A DNA stretch of 64,000 bases, taken from NCBI RefSeq assembly GCF_006345805.1, contig NC_042999.1:82894001-82958000 (forward strand), in the 5' to 3' direction. Under the pieces are notes generated by a model that searched no databases, was not told the DNA's origin, and saw only the letters and a program-made list of their open reading frames with translations. A program made the position numbers and the translations under genes. Every line of letters begins with the position of its first letter. The first letter of the stretch is position 1. This document shows positions 38,031 to 52,335 of this stretch, one piece after another. Source of the stretch: Octopus sinensis (taxonomy: Eukaryota).

Positions 38031-38240
38031 ATACCAAATAAACCATAAAACATCAGTGTGAAAGTGTTAGTGAACGAGAGACGGTAATTGCTAAGATTAA
38101 GTTACAAAGAGTTTTTTTTTTCTGTACTACGTATGAACAACAATGACATAATGCGCGCCATACGAAAAAGAGGCACATACGATGGTGCAACTAACACACG
38201 TTGCCTGTGCTTACTTTATTTTTCATTGTCGCTTGGCATC

Positions 38241-38279
<39 letters not shown>

Positions 38280-38652
38280 AAATAGGATTAAATTACAAGA
38301 AAGAAAACAAAAACAATAAAGCGTAGGTTTCTATATTTAGAAGCAAAGTTTCAACTATCTCGACAAATCAAAATCTCAATTTGGTAATACTGATAGGAAA
38401 GAGAAAATCAATTATTTAAAAAAAAAAAAAAAAAAAAAGAATTGATTGATAAGTGACGATCGATCATAAAACTTCCTAGATTATGAGGAAAATGGGGTCT
38501 GGGGGGAAAAAAAATTTAGAAAAATAAACTGATTGTGTAATTCACAAGGATAGCAAGCTGCACGGTGTAAGCGATCTGATATTGATTGTTAAATAGTTTA
38601 GAGAAAGGGCTACGAGAGAAGTACAGCTAGAAATGTGAAACAACCCAATCTA

Positions 38653-38952
38653 AACAAGAGCACTTAGAGAGTGCGACACCAACGTAGCCAGAGATGATTT
38701 TTAAAACGAGAATATCTGAAATAAACTCGTCTGCTCTCACAAAGGAAAATACTAAAAATGAACCCCCATCGCTCTCAAAAATTAAATAAAAAAAAAGATC
38801 AGAAAAATAATCCAGAATCCTCGTGCCAGTTACGAGGCCAAACATCCCTGAAAGTTTCGTCCGAATCCATCCAGCTGGTCTTCAGATATCTTGTCCACGG
38901 ACAAACATGACTGAAAATAATACCTCCGCCTTCCCTAAGGCGGAGGTAATAA
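38653..38952 (-). mobile_element. Helentron-type non-autonomous element (HINE/DINE-1-like)
   Basis: Minus strand starts TTATTACCTCCGCCTT-AGGG-AAGGCGGAGGTA (12-bp perfect stem) and ends with a GCACT-CTCTA-AGTGC hairpin plus TCTTGTT. Confidence 0.6.
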
Positions 38953-38959
38953 CCACTTT

Positions 38960-39292
38960 TCAAAATACAGGTCGATTTTGCCTTTCATCCACTTGGGGTC
39001 GATAAATTAAGTACCAGTTACGCACTGGGGTCGATATAATCGACTTAATCCCTTTGTCTGTCCCCTCTGTGTTTAGCCCCTTGTGGGTAATAAAGAAATA
39101 AATACTTCGCGGTATTTCTTCTGGTTCTTTATGTTCTGAGTTCAAAGTTCGCCGAGGTCGACTTCTTTGCTTTTTCATCTTTTCAAGGTCGATAAAATAA
39201 GTACCAGTTGAACACTGGAGTCGATGTAATTGACTTAGACCTTCGCTCTAAAATTGCTCACCTTGTGCCAAAATTATCTTAAAATATTATAA
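38960..39292 (+). mobile_element. Two head-to-tail family B SINE segments
   Basis: Two successive GGTCGA..TTTGC..TTTCATC..GGTCGATAAA..AAGTACCAG domains. Confidence 0.8.
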
Positions 39293-39329
39293 AAGAATTA
39301 ATTGCTAATGTCTATCCGTTAGAAGAATG

Positions 39330-39545
39330 ACTGCGCGTGGCTTAGTGGTTAGAGGTGCTGTGCTCAACGCTCTCAAACCTGGCTTCGATTTCCGGACCAG
39401 ATGGTAGGTTATGTTCTTCAGCAAAACACTCCATTTCACGTTGCTCTGGATCACTTCGACATCTGACGTGCGACACACCGTGATAGCAACCGTCGATTTG
39501 ATGGAGGCAATGAAGTACAGCGCAAACATTTGATCACCATAACAA
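39330..39545 (+). mobile_element. SINE family C
   Basis: GCGCGTGGCTTAGTGGTTAG...TTCGATTTCCGGACC...GTTCTTCAGCAAAACACT.CATTTCACGTTGCTC. Confidence 0.75.
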
Positions 39546-40540
39546 ATCACCCGTACAAGTTGTTCTGCAAGAATTTGCGGGACTCTTGTCTGTCGTCTGC
39601 GACATGATAGTCTAATGCAATGCATTACCAGGCACCTATTCGAGACGGGGAAAAAATATATATATATGAAAAAAAAAAAAAAGAAAAGAAGCCAACTAAA
39701 AGGAAAAGTGTTCTGTTTCAAAATGTGAAGTTAGCTTATAAAATGTTTAATGTGAACTACTTATAAAATAATAATTTTTTAAAAATTTATTTTCGCTTTC
39801 AGAATTTAGGTTTCATCTCTGCTCTTCATTTCCTTCTCTCAATCCGCTTTATTTTCTGTGTTTTAATTTGATATTTTTTGTTGTCGTCTTTCCTGTTAAT
39901 TATTCAACAGCGGAAATCTGGAAGGCGACATGCCAAAAACATAAAAAGAAATAAAATAAAATAATGAAAAATTAAATATAAAAAATAAATGAACTGAAAA
40001 GATAAATGGAAAGTGTGATGTGTGGGGGGAAAAAATGCAGGTTTGTGCGTTAGTCAACCAAACACCAACCTGTTATGACTCAAACCAAACAGAAATACCA
40101 AGAAGAAAGAGAGAGAGAAGGGTGGTGTCATGTCTCGTATATTTCGTGCTGGTCAAACTATTTTTGTCACTGTCCGTGTTTAACGGTGCAATTTAGTGAA
40201 TGAAGAAATTAAGTACTGCGGTTGGTTGGTTAATTATTATTATCATTATTATTTTAGATACGAGACTGAAAGAGTGGGAGGAGGAATGTCAGGACCAAAT
40301 ATTAAGAAATGAGCAAAGTTATGGTTGAATGAACAATTTATAGAAAGTTACGATTATTTTAAAAATCATAAATACTCGTAGGAGATAAAAGGAGAAAGAA
40401 TCTTGAAGAAAGTCTGTCAGATTATTATTATTATTATTATTACTTTTGTTTTTGTTTCTTTCTGGAACTACAGCAAATGTATGTATTAAGTTCTGTCTGT
40501 GCCATAACGACTCTAGAAATGCATAGGCGCTACGATAAAT

Positions 40541-40978
40541 ACGGCGAGCTGGAAGAATCGCTAGCTCGCCAGACGAAATGCATAGCGGCATTTCGTCCGT
40601 CTTTATGTTCTGCCTTCAAATCTGCCGAGGTCAGCTTTGGCTTTCATCCTTTCGGGCTCAATAAAATAAGTTCTATTCAAGTGCTGGGGTCAGCGTAATC
40701 GATTAGACTCCAACCCACAAAATTTCAGGCCTTGATAGAAAAATAAATTATCATTAAGGCGGGGGAGCTGGCAGAATCGTTAGCATACCGGACAAAATAC
40801 TTAACAGCATTTCGGCCGTCTTAATGTTCTGGGTTCAAATTCCGCCGAGGTCGATTTTGGATTTCATCTTTTGGCATCGATGAATTAAGTACCATTTGAG
40901 CACTGCTGGAATCGAGGTAATCGACTTATCCACTTCTCTGAAATTACTGTTCTTGTGCCAAGATTTGAAACCATTATC
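40541..40978 (+). mobile_element. Tandem pair of family B SINEs
   Basis: GGCGAGCTGGAAGAATCG at about 40543 and GGCGGGGGAGCTGGCAGAATCG at 40758, each with the CATC(C/T)TT..GG...ATAAA domain. Confidence 0.88.
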
Positions 40979-41239
40979 AAATCTCTCGGGTGTGAAAGTC
41001 GTCCCAACGAAAGCTAATAAAGTAAAAACGAATACTTATGATTTTAATGATTATGGTAACCCAACTAACAAGGTAATTATTATTTTTTTTTTGTTTGTCA
41101 TTACCGCTGTCTCTCAGATTAAGTCACCTGCCCCCTAAATCACAATTCCAGAACTGAAATGACCGAGGTCTATTAAGACCAGTAAGGACTGAATGACGTC
41201 CGTTGGCTTAAAACCACCCCAAATCAACTCCGATTTTAT

Positions 41240-41690
41240 TGTATAACTTTGATAGGTTTCGGCCAGTATAACTTGATAGCACCACCTGGCGATGTCTTTT
41301 AGTCACATATGGGGCACCATGGCCCACTCTAGCAAAGAGTTATTGTTGGAGACTTATCCGGGTGTAGGAGGTTGGTCCGGGGTTTTATGAAGAAATTTAT
41401 CCATTGAACTTTTGAATTTTATGGGATCAGTTTCCATTTTGACATATTTTGGTATGGTATTAAAAAGAGCTGGCCCGGCTGAGGTAAAATAGTTGTGGTG
41501 TAATGTTATGTGTCCTGAGTTCGATTTTTGTAGTGGGCGGATATAGCTCGGGACGAAGTCTTGGGTGGATTTTAAAATTGATGCCAACATTTGTGCAATA
41601 TTGATGGAATATTTTCCACATCACACAAATGATGTGGCGCTCTCGGCGGCGTTGAAGAGTGTTCCACGAGACGATGCTAGCTTAGTGTGC
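41240..41690 (-). mobile_element. CR1/L2-group LINE 3' end
   Basis: Minus strand LQRRRERHIICVMWKI... and FTSAGPALFNTIP...FKSSMDKFL..PDQPPTPG; tail GGCCGAAACCTATCAAAGT. Confidence 0.85.
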
Positions 41691-42709
41691 CGCGGTGTAA
41701 CCTGAATGTAATTTCGCTCCCCATACTTTTAGTCATATTTTTATTTTTAGTTCAGGTGTGTCGCCGAATTTTGAATAGAATGTAAGTGTATCGCAAGTGA
41801 AGAAAGGTTGCGGAGCACTGCTCTAAGACATCCCATAGGTTATATTTTTGGCTTTCCATCAGCCATATTGTTGTGCTCTATGCTGCCTTTTCCCTCTTAG
41901 TAAGGCACAAATACGGTTAACGGCGTTGATGTTCTTTCCTAAGAGTATTTATTAGCAAGCTGTAAGGAAGTGAGATGACTTGTACCAAAATTCGAAAAGT
42001 AATTCGTCGTGTCGCCGCCTCTCAGCTCGTTTACCTTCTGCTTTATCTATCCTACATCAAGCATCCTTCATTGCCATCCGTCTATATAATATATTGGCTT
42101 CAGATGTTATCACTTATCACTCTTAATGCCTTTTTAATAATCTTTTCTGCCTTTATAGCTTACTACTTCCACTCATTCACTCACTCATTTCATTGGCGGG
42201 TCGGTCGGCCGGAAACTGAATGTGTGTGTGATGCTGGTTTGTTATCATTCTTTTCTCTGTATATGTGCGACTACAATGATATACCAGTGTCGGACACACA
42301 CACACATTATACTTAGCATGTGTGTACGTTATCCGTTCTGATCGAGATGATTTCGATCGAATAAAGACAAGATATTGAGTCTCTCTCTCTCTGTGATGCT
42401 GTTTTCCAGTCTGTGTATATGAAACTGATATTTAATCCACTAAAAATCTTTTTCCTGTATACTTAATAAGAGTCCAGAACCAACGCCAAGACAGCTTGGC
42501 GCCTTCCTCTATTCATCTCTGGTTTCAGCCAATTGACCACGACGGCCGAATCGCCAAATTTATTTCGTATAGTATATTAGAAACTGACTTTTCTTCGTTT
42601 TTTTTTAATTTCTTTCTCTTTTCTTTTTTTTTCTAGTATTTGCGATTTCTTACTTAAATACGAGTATCTTCAACGTGAAAATGGTAAAGTCTCGCATATA
42701 TAGGGTGCA

Positions 42710-42775
42710 GCGGCCCCAAAACTTTGTCCACTGCAGACCAGTTTCATGCGAGACGAATTTTTTTATTGACCGGAG
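42710..42775 (+). mobile_element. hAT Charlie-like terminal fragment
   Basis: CAGCGGCCCCAAAACTTTGTCCACTGCAGACCAGTTTCATG resembles Charlie-family left ends; no partner end found. Confidence 0.35.
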
Positions 42776-44689
42776 CATCACATGCATAAAGTACAAGGTG
42801 CATAATATATTAATTATTACCTTTCAATTTGCTTCAGTCATTTAACTGCGTCTATGTTGGGGCTTGAAGGCTTTCAGTCGAACAAATCGACCCCAGGACT
42901 TATTTTTTTAAAGCCTAGTATTTATTCTGTTGGATCTCTTTTGCTGAACTGCAAAAGAGTGATGGTGGAGGATTAATACAAACATAGAATGTTTCAGTCT
43001 CCATCTACCAAATCTACTCACAAGGCTTTGGTCGACCTAGGACTGAACCTGGAGCCATGTGGTTGAGAAGAAAACTTCTTACTACAGATCCACGTCTATG
43101 CATATCTATTACATACGTAATCCGTATATAGTGCAAAACCACTCTGTAGAATATGATAATCAATAACATAGAAATAAAATAAAAAAATGTATTCTTTCTG
43201 TGCGGCCCGGTACCAAATAACCCTCGACTTAGTGGTTTGGGAATGTAGGGAATGAAATTCGATTGATTTTGTTTATCCAAGCAGTTAGTTGATAAGAGTC
43301 CCTCTCAGGATGTTTAAACTGGAAAGCAATAATTAAGTCAGATAATTCCAGTAAAACCATTTCGTAGAAATTCTTTGAAGATATATACCGAGAAGGCGCT
43401 GAAGTTTCCCGAACATTCTAGAATTTTTTATTGTTTTCGTCTCTCATATTTGTCGCAGAAAGGTGTGTGTTATCGACTGAATCGAACCCGTTTTCAATTC
43501 TTGGTGTTATGAATAAAGACAATATCGATCTCAACAGTATTGCAAACATTCGTACCCACATTATAGACAATAATTTCGTTTTTGCTGTTAAATGCAATTA
43601 GGAATTCTTCAGATAAAAACTACCCAACAAAAAGAATTCGTATTTTCATCCAGATGTTTCAGTCGTGATCACATTGTCCTTTTTTTTTTATATACTGTAC
43701 ATTCTATCTTCTCTTGAAAAAAAATTATGACTATTAGTCGAGATTTGGTTGCCATTTCTAGCAATCAGAGCAAATTTGTTGTTTCTTTGTTGAGTCGTAT
43801 GTTTATCATTTAGCTCTGATCGGGTCAGGATTACTTAATCTAATGTGTCTAATTTCTAAACTTTTTCTAAAGACAGTAAAGTGTAATTTGATGGAGCTCT
43901 GTGTGCTATTTCTTACCAATTGAGCGACCACATTGTAGCACATTTGTCTCCCGTTGTTATTTCAAATCTGTACATCACTGATCAATAAATCTATGATGTT
44001 CCGGCTGTGAGCAACCTCTTTGTTTCTGAGGTACACTATATCAAGGACTGCATTCATTTTCCTTTTCAAAGACACTCTTGATTTGAGGGTGATTTGTTTG
44101 CTATTTTTAGCAAGTCCAGTATCATTATAGATGCAGTTCTCTCGTTGATTCGTGTGTTTTTAGTTGCAGCATATCTCCATCACCGAAATTGGACAATAAC
44201 TATTTCAACACACGAATTGAGAATCAAAACCGTTACGAAACATACACAAAACAGAATAGATTTTAGTTTCTGAAAGACTGTAAAGAACGCGTGGCGAACC
44301 CATAGAATCGACACGTAGAAAATAAAAGTTCTTTCGATTGAATACTTCCGATCTGTAAGATTTTCATTATTGTATACTTCCGTTTCTTAATGCTTCCATT
44401 ATTGAATATTTTCGTTCTCTAGTAGAGGTGAACTCCATAGAATTTGTAAGCATTCTTTCGACTTACATGTTGATAATAAAGGATTAAGGTTCAAGAATTC
44501 ATTGAAAAGAACAGTGACCCTCAAGACGAATGAAGTGGCCTTACATAGACAAATGCATATATACATCATTGGTTTGATTCTTTAACTGCAACACAATTGG
44601 AGAACTTGGATAGTTTCGAGGTTCTGAATCGTAGCAAGCAGGAGATATTCTATTTAGAACTGTCTGAAAATATTCTTTTTTACTCTATG

Positions 44690-44890
44690 CACAAGGTTCG
44701 AAATTTTTTCGAGGAGGGGGCCAGTCTATTAGATCGATTCCAGCACGCAACTGGTACTTAATTTATCGACCCCGAAAGGATGAAAGGCAAAGTCGACCGC
44801 GGCTGAATTGGAACTCAGAACGTAAAAGATAGACGAAATAACCGCTAAGGCATTCGCCCGGCGTGCTAACTTTTCTGCCAGCTCGCTGCC
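44690..44890 (-). mobile_element. SINE family B, near full length
   Basis: CTGGTACTTAATTTATCGACCCCGAAAGGATGAAAGGCAAAGTCGACC...TGCCAGCTCGCTGCC on the plus strand. Confidence 0.9.
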
Positions 44891-47800
44891 TTTATGTCTG
44901 TGAAATATTAAAGGACGAAAATATTATATAATGAAAATATGCCTTTTTGTTTAATTGTAAGTATTTTTGTTAATTTCCAAATAATTCAATTCTGAAAGAC
45001 GAAATCACTTACTGAGAACGTTATTTAGCCTGAACAAAAAAAACTGCGTTTTAGAAGAAAAATGAGGAAATGAAGGAAATAGAAATAAACAGGAAAAGAA
45101 AGTTGCAAAAAAAAGTGATAGGGGAAACCAGATCCAACACATGATAATGCACGACGTCTCTACCTCGACAATATTCGCAGACAGTAGGGCTTGGTTTGTG
45201 GGGGACTTGACTGCTGAAATCTGACAGATCGCACGATTGTGTAAGAAGCTTCATTTAGTGAAGTACGCTGCATGGTCCCTCTACAGAGGTATGATAATTT
45301 TCATAGTGCAGGCTCGTATTACCCATTAAGAAAAATAAGTATATATATTTAGGGTATCAAGAGAAGTGGGCACCTCAGGGTCTACTTCTTGATTCTCCAA
45401 GAACATATTTATTCTAAATATATACTTACTTGTAGATAAATCAAAACAGAAAGAATAACAGTTTATATTTATGAAATAAATCAGTTTAAGGACGAGTCTC
45501 GGAGTGGATTACAACTATAAATAATGGTTTCAAATTTTGCCACAAAGGCAGCAATTTTGGGAGAAGGGCTGAGCCGATTACATCGCTCCCAGTGTTCTAC
45601 TGGTACTTAATTTATCGACCCCGAAAGGATGAAAGGTAAAGTCGTCCTCGGAGGAATACAACTATAAATAATGGCATGTTATATTTTAGGTTGAAAACCT
45701 TCGGACGGAAAGAAAAAAAATAATATAAGTGTAGATAAGATGCGGTTTTGAGTCTCGTAGGTAGCCTTCGACCTCTTTCCAACCCCGAGACTTTTTAACC
45801 ATAGGCTAAGAAACGGCGGTGAGGGTGGGATCGCACGCTTAATAATCCCTTTAATTTTTAGTGAGCAATGAAAACGCTTTGAACATCTGAAGAACGTCGC
45901 CAAAACGAAGCAGCGTAGAAACATTTTTGGATTGATTTGAAACATCAACTTTTGTATTATTAGATTTAGCTGATTTGATTGATGATAATTAATGATGATG
46001 ATTAATGATAATTATTATACCTGTGTTTGTTTTGATATTAATATTGAAAAAAAAAATCGACCTTGTTTGTAAAAAAATTTGGACTTGGGTTTACACTCCC
46101 TAAGCAAATTTTCGTTTCTGCATTTACATTTTTAACCCAAAAATTTTAAATAAATAAATTTGGGAAAATATGGGGCTGGGGGGGGGGTCTTTCCCTTAGA
46201 GAAAAATCTTGAATCCGAGAAGAGATTTTATTGATTGCCTGTCAGCATGAAAGTAGAAAAAAAAAAACTGTACTCCAAAAATATTCAGTTATTTAAACTC
46301 TAATTTATGGGTTAAAGGGCTGTTACTACTTGACGGGTACTTATTTATACTTGTTGAGCGTGATAAAGAGTAAAGCCTATTAACAGCACCATGTCACCTG
46401 CGGAATTTAATGAATAAAATGCAAAAGAACATTTAGTAATAGATCTAAATTCTGCTGCAAAAGCATGCATTTAGTCCGACATTCTCCTGTTTCTGTCCGT
46501 CCAAAGCCTCAAAAAACAACCCTATAAATAAATGGCTGTGCTTCAACCGCAGGCTTTGTCCGTGACCAAAGCATTGGCAAATTTGTAAATTGCTCAGTGG
46601 GCCAAAATACACTGTAAAATTTTGTTAGGTATTTCGTTAACCTGTCGAGCAAGATTCAGTTCAAAAAGTATAGGCGAACTTCATCATACCTCATGTTATT
46701 TCTACTGTAGTTTTTTCAACGATTCGTTTCATTATACCATTTGCAAAATTGTTAAATGGAATGCAACGAAATCACTATTTTTTTTTCTCTTAGATTTGTT
46801 AATGCTTTTATTTTCCTTTTGTTTTCATGTCATGCTTAATTAGCAAGTCGTTCCTATTCCAATCACACACACAAAAAAAAAAAAAATTATTATATATATT
46901 TCTTCATTTCAAAGTTCAGTTTTCCCTCGTTTTCTTCTCTCCTTCCTTCCCAATATGTTCTCATTTCTTCTTCCCTTTCATTCTGCTCGTCTCCCCTCCT
47001 TGGCTTCTCTTCTTTCTTACGTCTCATCATCGTCTTCTATCTTCCTCGATAGATTTTATGAAAGTAAATAATATAAAATGTAAATTATAAAACATATGCC
47101 CTGGAAATCTTCAAAAGTTTTGTAGCATCAGTAATTTTACAAATATATTTCCTCAACCAGTTTCCATTCATCTTATCTTGCTTGTTCTTTTAAACTTTTC
47201 TCGTCTCCTTATTACTCTTGCTCTTCTCCACCCCCTCTCCTTCATCTGTAGCTTTCGCTTATTCTCTGAAGTCATCAGCATTTCTCTTATCTTTTATGTC
47301 GCAGTCTCTTTGACAATTCAACGAAAGCTGACAGTAAAAGAAATTCTAACAGTTTGTTGTCGTTGTTTAACCCCGGGTCAATTCTGAAACAGTAAGCCTA
47401 GAAGAAAAGTTTCACCACTTGTGACTGTTCAGCCGTTTTACTCTTTCAGACGTATTGTGAGCGACTGTGTTGTGTCATTGCTTCCCAACTACACGGTTCC
47501 TGGTTCTGTTCTACTGCTGAGTACCTCCTATAACCTGGGTCGATCAATTCCTTGTGAGAGGTATTTGGTTGGCGGAAACTATGTGGAAGCCCGTTGTGTG
47601 TATGTGTGTTTATATACAAAGACATAATAACGCGTGTGCGCGCGCGCATGACGACCGATATTGGTTTGTTTAAACCCCAGTAACAGAGCAAGTACCATAC
47701 TAGAAAAAGAAGAGAAATAATTATTGGGATCGGTTTGTTCGAAGAAACTCTTCGAGATGGTGTTTCACCATGACCGCAGTCCAATGACTGAAGCAAGTAA

Positions 47801-48148
47801 AAGATTGGAAATCTGTCCTTTTTCTATGTATGTAAAGAAAAATATTTCGTATGAATTACAAGTAACACACCCCGCCTTTTTTTTTTTATCCTGTCCGTCT
47901 AGAGATACGGCGCTGGTACCTAATCCGCCTCCCATCGCGCAACCGGAACCATAAAACCGGATAACGTCTGCAACTTTTTTATGTCCGTTGCTCTCTTCGC
48001 GTTACCTCCCACCGCTTTGTCACTCCTTTAATGATCTCTCTCTCTCCATTGCTTTCATCTTCCTCACTCCTGTCCCGATTTCCGACATTATGATTTCATT
48101 CTACTAAAACCCATCAAGCCGTTAATAGCTACTGTACAACACTTAATG

Positions 48149-48208
<60 letters not shown>

Positions 48209-48703
48209 CATACACACACTTGCACCTATATATGCATGCTTGCACGCGATCGTATACGCAATATGATACTATAGCCTTTATATAATATGTTCAGATCCAC
48301 ATATACACACAAAGGCATTAACATACCACTCCCTATTAAACATGTGTGTAGTAAGAAGCTTGCTTCCGGGTTCAGTCTCAATGCGTGGCACCTTGGGCAG
48401 GTGTCTTCTAAGCCTCGGGCTGACCAAAGCTTTGTGAGTGGATTATGTAGACGGAAACTGAAAGAAACCCATAGTACGTACGTACGTACGTATGTATGTG
48501 TGTGTGTGTGCGCGCGCGTGCGTGCGTGTATGTATGTATGTATGTATGCGCGCGTGTGTGTGTATGTATGTATGCGCGTGTGTGTGTATGTATGTGTGTA
48601 TTTTTTTTGCTTGTTTCAGCTCAGAGCTGCGGCCATGCTGATGCACCGCCGTTTAGATGTATGTATGTATGTATGTATGTGTGTATGTATGTATGTATGT
48701 GTG

Positions 48704-48740
<37 letters not shown>

Positions 48741-49666
48741 CCATCCCTTGACAACCAGTGCTGGTGTGTTTACGTCTCCGTTATGTACTTGTGTGCGTAA
48801 ATATAAACGTATATTCCAAGAGAATGTGAATTCTGTTCTGGAATGGTCAAACTCGAAGCAGGTAATGCTATATAAATAACTAATCTATAATCGATGACTT
48901 TATCAATTTCGAGTTTCACTGTGCCAAAACAGAATCTTACACACACACATGCACACACACAAATTATGATTTGATAGGGGAAAATTAGGCTATCCAATGC
49001 ATAGAATTGAATGGATGGATATTCACAAGGAACTCATAAAACACGGTCTATATATATTATTAATAATATGTATATACGCACACACAATATTATAAAATGT
49101 GCATGAACGTCACTAGAATATTAGGAATGTGTTATATGGTAGAATCCGCCATATAATATTCGATTGTACGCGCGCGTATATATATGTTGGCGATTTTTTT
49201 TTCTCTGTCTTCCCTTCTCTGGATCTTTCCTTCTCCTATGTTTCCGACGAAGAGCTCCGCTCGAAACGTTAATACCTCCTTCTTTCCTGAGCGTCCAATA
49301 ATACTATATTTGTTCCACGTCCTCGCGTTGTTGTGTTTTTTTTTGTGCTTTCTTGTTTGGATTAACTATATATATATTTATATATATATATTTGTTTCAG
49401 TAATTAGACTACGGCTATGCTGGGGCACTGCCTTGAATTTTTAGTCGAATGAATGATAGCCTAGTACTTATACTAACGTTCTGCCGAACTGCTAAGTTAC
49501 GGAGACGTAAATACCCCAACACAGGTTGTTAAGCGGTGGTGGTGGGGAAAACATACATTATGTACATACATACGGTCAGTAGAACCCGTTTTTTTTCTTA
49601 TATACGCGCATAATTACACACACACACATACACACCCACATATATATATATATATATATATATATA

Positions 49667-49735
49667 CCAGGTGGTGCTATTAAGTTAGACATGGCCTGGG
49701 CCAATAATGGCCGAAACCTATCAAAGTATCAAAGT
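49667..49735 (+). mobile_element. Very short 3' tail of the CR1/L2 LINE found at 41.3 kb
   Basis: CCAGGTGGTGCTATTAAGTTA...TGGCCGAAACCTATCAAAGT-ATCAAAGT, lying inside (TA)n. Confidence 0.75.
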
Positions 49736-49950
49736 ATATATATATATATATATTAGAATAAATGAGGTACTCAGAAAATCTGAATTTATTTGTATATTAC
49801 ATTTTTTATACATCATATAACTTAGATCATGTATTAGCGCTTTCTCTCATTCTAGTGGGGTTTTCAAATCAAACTAAGTTCCTGTGTGAAACGTTTTGAC
49901 CATTTTGTAGTAGTGGGGAGGAATATAAGACAGTACAAGAGGGTTAGGGT

Positions 49951-49996
<46 letters not shown>

Positions 49997-50472
49997 GAGA
50001 GAGATCGTGGGTGTGAAGAAAGAAAACATTTTCTGTAACAATGTCAGTTAAGGCGGAGGGAAGAAAAAATCCGAAGACCCATAGAAGAAAATGATGGATT
50101 ATCCAGAGAGGGCAAAAGGGAGGTTGTTGTTGACATATGGAGGTCATTATCAGAAAGTGGCGGGGTGCGTTACTTGTAAAGTAGCGGGTGGAGTTTGGAG
50201 AATAAAGGAGTGAGCTTCTCTTCCTTATTTATTTATTATTTTTATATCTTGTTGCATTATAAAAAGAAATCCTTAGGAAAGAATTTATCATTATTGTTAT
50301 TTATTTATTTTTTCTTCTAAATGGGGTATAAGATCTAGGACTATTGTCATGTGGGGCTTGCGGAACGGTTGATAAAAACCACAGAGGTCACAGACTTTTC
50401 AACAGATAGTTGAATGATAGATACATACATACATACATACACACGCACACACTCACACACTCATATATATAT

Positions 50473-50578
<106 letters not shown>

Positions 50579-50591
50579 GTGTGTATATTGA

Positions 50592-50823
50592 GGGCGGCGA
50601 GCTGGCAGAATCGTTAGCACGCTGGGCAAAATGCGTAGCCGTATTTCGTCTGCCGCTACGTTCTGAGTTCAAATTCCGCCGAGGTCGACTCTGCCTTTCA
50701 TCCTTTCGGGGTCGATTAAATAAGTACCAGTTACGCACTGGGGTCGATATAATCGACTTACTCCGTTTGTCTGTCCTTGTTTGTCCTCTCTGTGTTTAGC
50801 CCCTTGTGGGCAATAAACAAATA
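50592..50823 (+). mobile_element. SINE family B, full length and well preserved
   Basis: GGCGGCGAGCTGGCAGAATCGTTAGC...GCCGAGGTCGACTCTGCCTTTCATCCTTTCGGGGTCGAT..AAGTACCAG...GCCCCTTGTGGGCAATAAACAAATA. Confidence 0.93.
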
Positions 50824-52125
50824 TTGTGTGTGTTTTAATATTTGTAAATATATGTACGTATGAAAAAAAAAACGGGTTGTAATGACTGTGGTCCCTCCGC
50901 TCTATCTTTACACATTTTCCTGTTCAGATTTCAAATTCCCCCCTTCATCGGATTCGATTAAATAAGCACCAGTCCTATACTGGTGGCCGATTTATTCGAG
51001 TAATTCCTCCGCTCCAAATTCGCAAATAAGAAATCCTTCTTATTTTAGAAATCAAAATCATAAATAATTTAAATAATCATTGTTATTTCTCCTCTTATTA
51101 GGCGGCAAGATCCCTCCCCCCCTCCGCTCGTAATCGATTCCACATAAGACCTCCCTGTATTTATATTTTAGGATTGTAGGGACTCCTCATCCGTGTAGAA
51201 ACGATTGTTGGTTTCGTTGATAGTTAACCCCAGGTCAGCTCTGATCGAGCAGACCTTTCCTGATCAAAGTCATTCCAGCCATATCACTCTTTTTATATAT
51301 ATATATATCACTTTATTTAAAATTACTTAACTCTGGATAGATATGTTTTCTATTTCAGAACTATAAAACGGTAATGCGCTAAAAGATTTTGCTGTTATCT
51401 TTAGCAGGTCGATTGACCATGTCACGTTCCCCATTTAGCTCCAGTAATCTGAACAGTTGTAATATCAAGAGAAGGTCGCCAGAAATGCTAGAATCAGAAA
51501 TCCATACATTTTTGTATGTATGTATATATATATATATATAGATATTCATATATAGATATGTGTGTATGTGTATACACACACACATATATGCATGTATGTG
51601 TGTGCGTGCATATATATACATATATTCTCCTCAGAACATATGTGTATTTATTTATGTATATGTACATATTAAATACATGCATGCATTCATAGAAATTTAG
51701 AAAGTTTACTCAGGTAATTTTAATTCCGTGAAACAAGTATTTAGATTTTGTCTTTTAAAATAAATATATCCTCAATAATTTTTTTATTCTTTTAACGATT
51801 ACAAATATTAACAATGATTCACATTTGAGTGAATGTTTAGTTTCAACCTAGCCAAGTACATAACTAAAATGCAATATTTGTTGCATTACGATGGATTTAT
51901 TAGTAAAAGATGCTAATGTTTAAAACTTAAGATGGCGTAAAGATAAACGTCAGAAGAACGGTATTCTGTAAAATCGTTTGTTATGGTTCAAATCTGTCCG
52001 TAAGGCAATTTATTGCGATTCATTATTTGTAGAATTTTGTAAGATTCTAGTCTGTACTGTATTTTCTGTTTTAAATATTAGTAATAATAACTGCCGTCAT
52101 GTGAGGATATTTTTGAGAAATGGAA

Positions 52126-52335
52126 GGCGGCGAGCTGGCAGTATCGTTGAGCGGGCCGACCAAATGCTTGGCGGCATTTTTTCTGTTTTTACGTTTTGAG
52201 TTCAAATTCTACCGAAGTTGACTTTGCCATTGACTTTATCTCGATAAAATGAATGTGCCAGTCAAATACTGGGGTCGATATAATCGACTTATCCCTTCCC
52301 ATATAATTTGTGGTCTTATGCCAAAATTTTAGAAA
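52126..52335 (+). mobile_element. SINE family B
   Basis: GGCGGCGAGCTGGCAG head and CTGGGGTCGATATAATCGACTTA body. Confidence 0.85.

Noticed and set aside
48820-48865. CAG|GTAATG donor after QENVNSVLEWSNSKQ
   Set aside because: No acceptor with a pyrimidine tract; the peptide looks more like a decayed LINE RT segment.
50592-50680. A/B-box-like segments as tRNA genes (all SINE heads)
   Set aside because: No complete cloverleaf, and each continues into a SINE body.
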